Shown here: positions 62,273-64,000 of the stretch, one piece after another
How the letters are laid out: each line of letters opens with the position of its first letter
How positions within the stretch are numbered: the stretch's first letter is position 1
Source: Eledone cirrhosa
Lineage: Eukaryota
Assembly (NCBI GenBank): GCA_964016885.1
Contig: OZ024740.1
Coordinates: forward strand, 227,974,001-228,038,000
Direction: 5' to 3'
Length of the DNA: 64,000 nt
Position numbers and translations under genes: made by a program
Notes under the pieces: model-generated
What the model was told of the DNA's origin: nothing
The model's database searches: none
What the model saw: the letters and a program-made list of their open reading frames with translations, nothing else

Positions 62273-62918
62273 TCCACAGTGCCAGTGTTGAACGGATGAC
62301 GATCAGTCATTGGCACAACACAACTTTACTCGGGCCGTTTGTTTACAAACGAATCGAATATTATTATTAATGTTTGATATAATCCATATGTATATGTATA
62401 TATGTAAGGCTCCCAGTCTAAACTGTAAATGTAGTTAGTGTTAGGAAGGGCATCCAGCCATAGAAAACCTGCTAGAGACAGTTCTGTACGAGTGAAACAC
62501 CGTCTCCCAACCAATCTCACCTCAAGTGGGACAAAGTCGTCCAACCCATGCTAGCATGGAAAATGGATGTTAAACAATGATGATGATGATGATGATGATG
62601 ATGATGTGTGTGTACATATATGTGTGTACGTATGCATACTTACATGTATAATGTTTCACAGTAAAAGCTCAATAAACTTTTGTTTAGAGCATCAATAATA
62701 TAAAATAATTTTACACGATATATTGAGATATATCAATTGAGAAACTAACGAGACTAAACAAATAGGCCATTTAAGTATAAATTAATTGTTATGTGAGTAA
62801 TGCTTTTATTTAACATCTTAAATTGTATTTGTTTTATATGTATTAAAGCCTTGTTAGTTTCTCAATTGAAATAGCTCAATATATCGTTTAAAAATATTTT
62901 ATATTATATATCTATCTA

Positions 62919-62952
<34 letters not shown>

Positions 62953-63289
62953 ATAATAATACAAGGACAATTTGTTAAGCCTTCATTATGTTTATTGATT
63001 GGTGACACGCGTTTCGCTATTGATCAGCTCAAGGTTCGATCTGGCCCGACTCTAGAATCAAAAGCTCGTTGGACTTCTGCTGTTGTAATGACAGAATTCT
63101 GTCATTACAACAGCAGAGGTCCGACAATGTTACACTGTTTAGCTCTACAACTCACCACTGACGTCAACTTAAACATCGAGTGCTCATCTGGGTGAAGCTA
63201 CAGTAACTTCACGTTACACTCCTGGATATATATATATATCATCAACACAAGAGAGGTAACACCAGAAGAGCATCAGGAAAGGGGAAAAA

Positions 63290-64000
63290 CCCTCAACTCA
63301 CATATGATGATGTGGACTAGCATAATGCAGACTAATAAACGGACTGCCAACAACTTCCAGGCCTGGAACAACAATGTACCAACGCTGTACGGGCTTCGCA
63401 AAGACCACAAAGCAAATAGTGACCCAGTCACAGGACCACCAACACGGCCAGTCTGTGAAGCTAACATTGCTAGCAACTACAGACTCTCCTATTTCCTCTC
63501 CCTGATCATACGCCCTATCATCGAAATGTCCCCAGATATATGCGACAGCACGGAGGACCTCCTCAGCAGAATCAACGAATGCAACTTGTCTAGGTACCTA
63601 ACAGGCTGTACAATGGGTATCATGGATGTAGTGTCCCTATATCCATCCATTGACGTTGATTTTGCTGTGGAAAAATTCATAGAAATGATTGGCGAGAGTG
63701 AGGTGGAATTCCGTGGGATTGATACCAGTGAGCTGGGACTCCTACTTAAACTGACATACAAGAAGGATTATTTAGACACACATGACCTCAGCAGCCTCTG
63801 CCCCACAAGGCCAGAAAGAGGCAGATCACCTACCATTACCTTAATGGCCAAGAAGACCCACACAGAAAGATGGAGCGGTGGACTAGAGTTATACAGACGC
63901 CTGAAAACCACGATGAATTAAATTTTAAAGAAAATGATCGCACATGCTGTGGGAGCCAGTATAAAACTAACCTTTAAGGAACATGTGTTAAAATTTAATG
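63290..64000 (+). mobile_element. Penelope-like element RT, runs off the window end
   Basis: PTLYGLRKDHK...PTRPVC...DVVSLYPSI motifs. Confidence 0.8.

Overview
AT-rich, intron- and repeat-dense eukaryotic DNA. The SINE, RTE and microsatellite content resembles a coleoid cephalopod such as octopus (inference, not a database result). It holds one complete 10-coding-exon PIGT gene (GPI transamidase subunit, + strand, 16966-46248, 575 aa by my manual splicing). The 3' part of an unrecognised Ser/Thr/Asn-rich gene lies on the - strand (exons 56310 to 46374) and converges on PIGT with only 125 bp between stops. That gene contains tandemly duplicated chimeric 159-nt exons, and a further partial copy of the exon sits inside a CR1 LINE 50 kb away. 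The rest is decayed mobile DNA: CR1/L2, RTE (with a PHD-like finger), a HERO/NeSL-like RT, Penelope-like elements with hammerhead ribozyme motifs, two tRNA-derived SINE families, several MITEs, a 1.2 kb minisatellite and several long palindromes. Most ORFs in the supplied track are spurious or TE-derived. All coordinates were counted by hand; TE boundaries are approximate.
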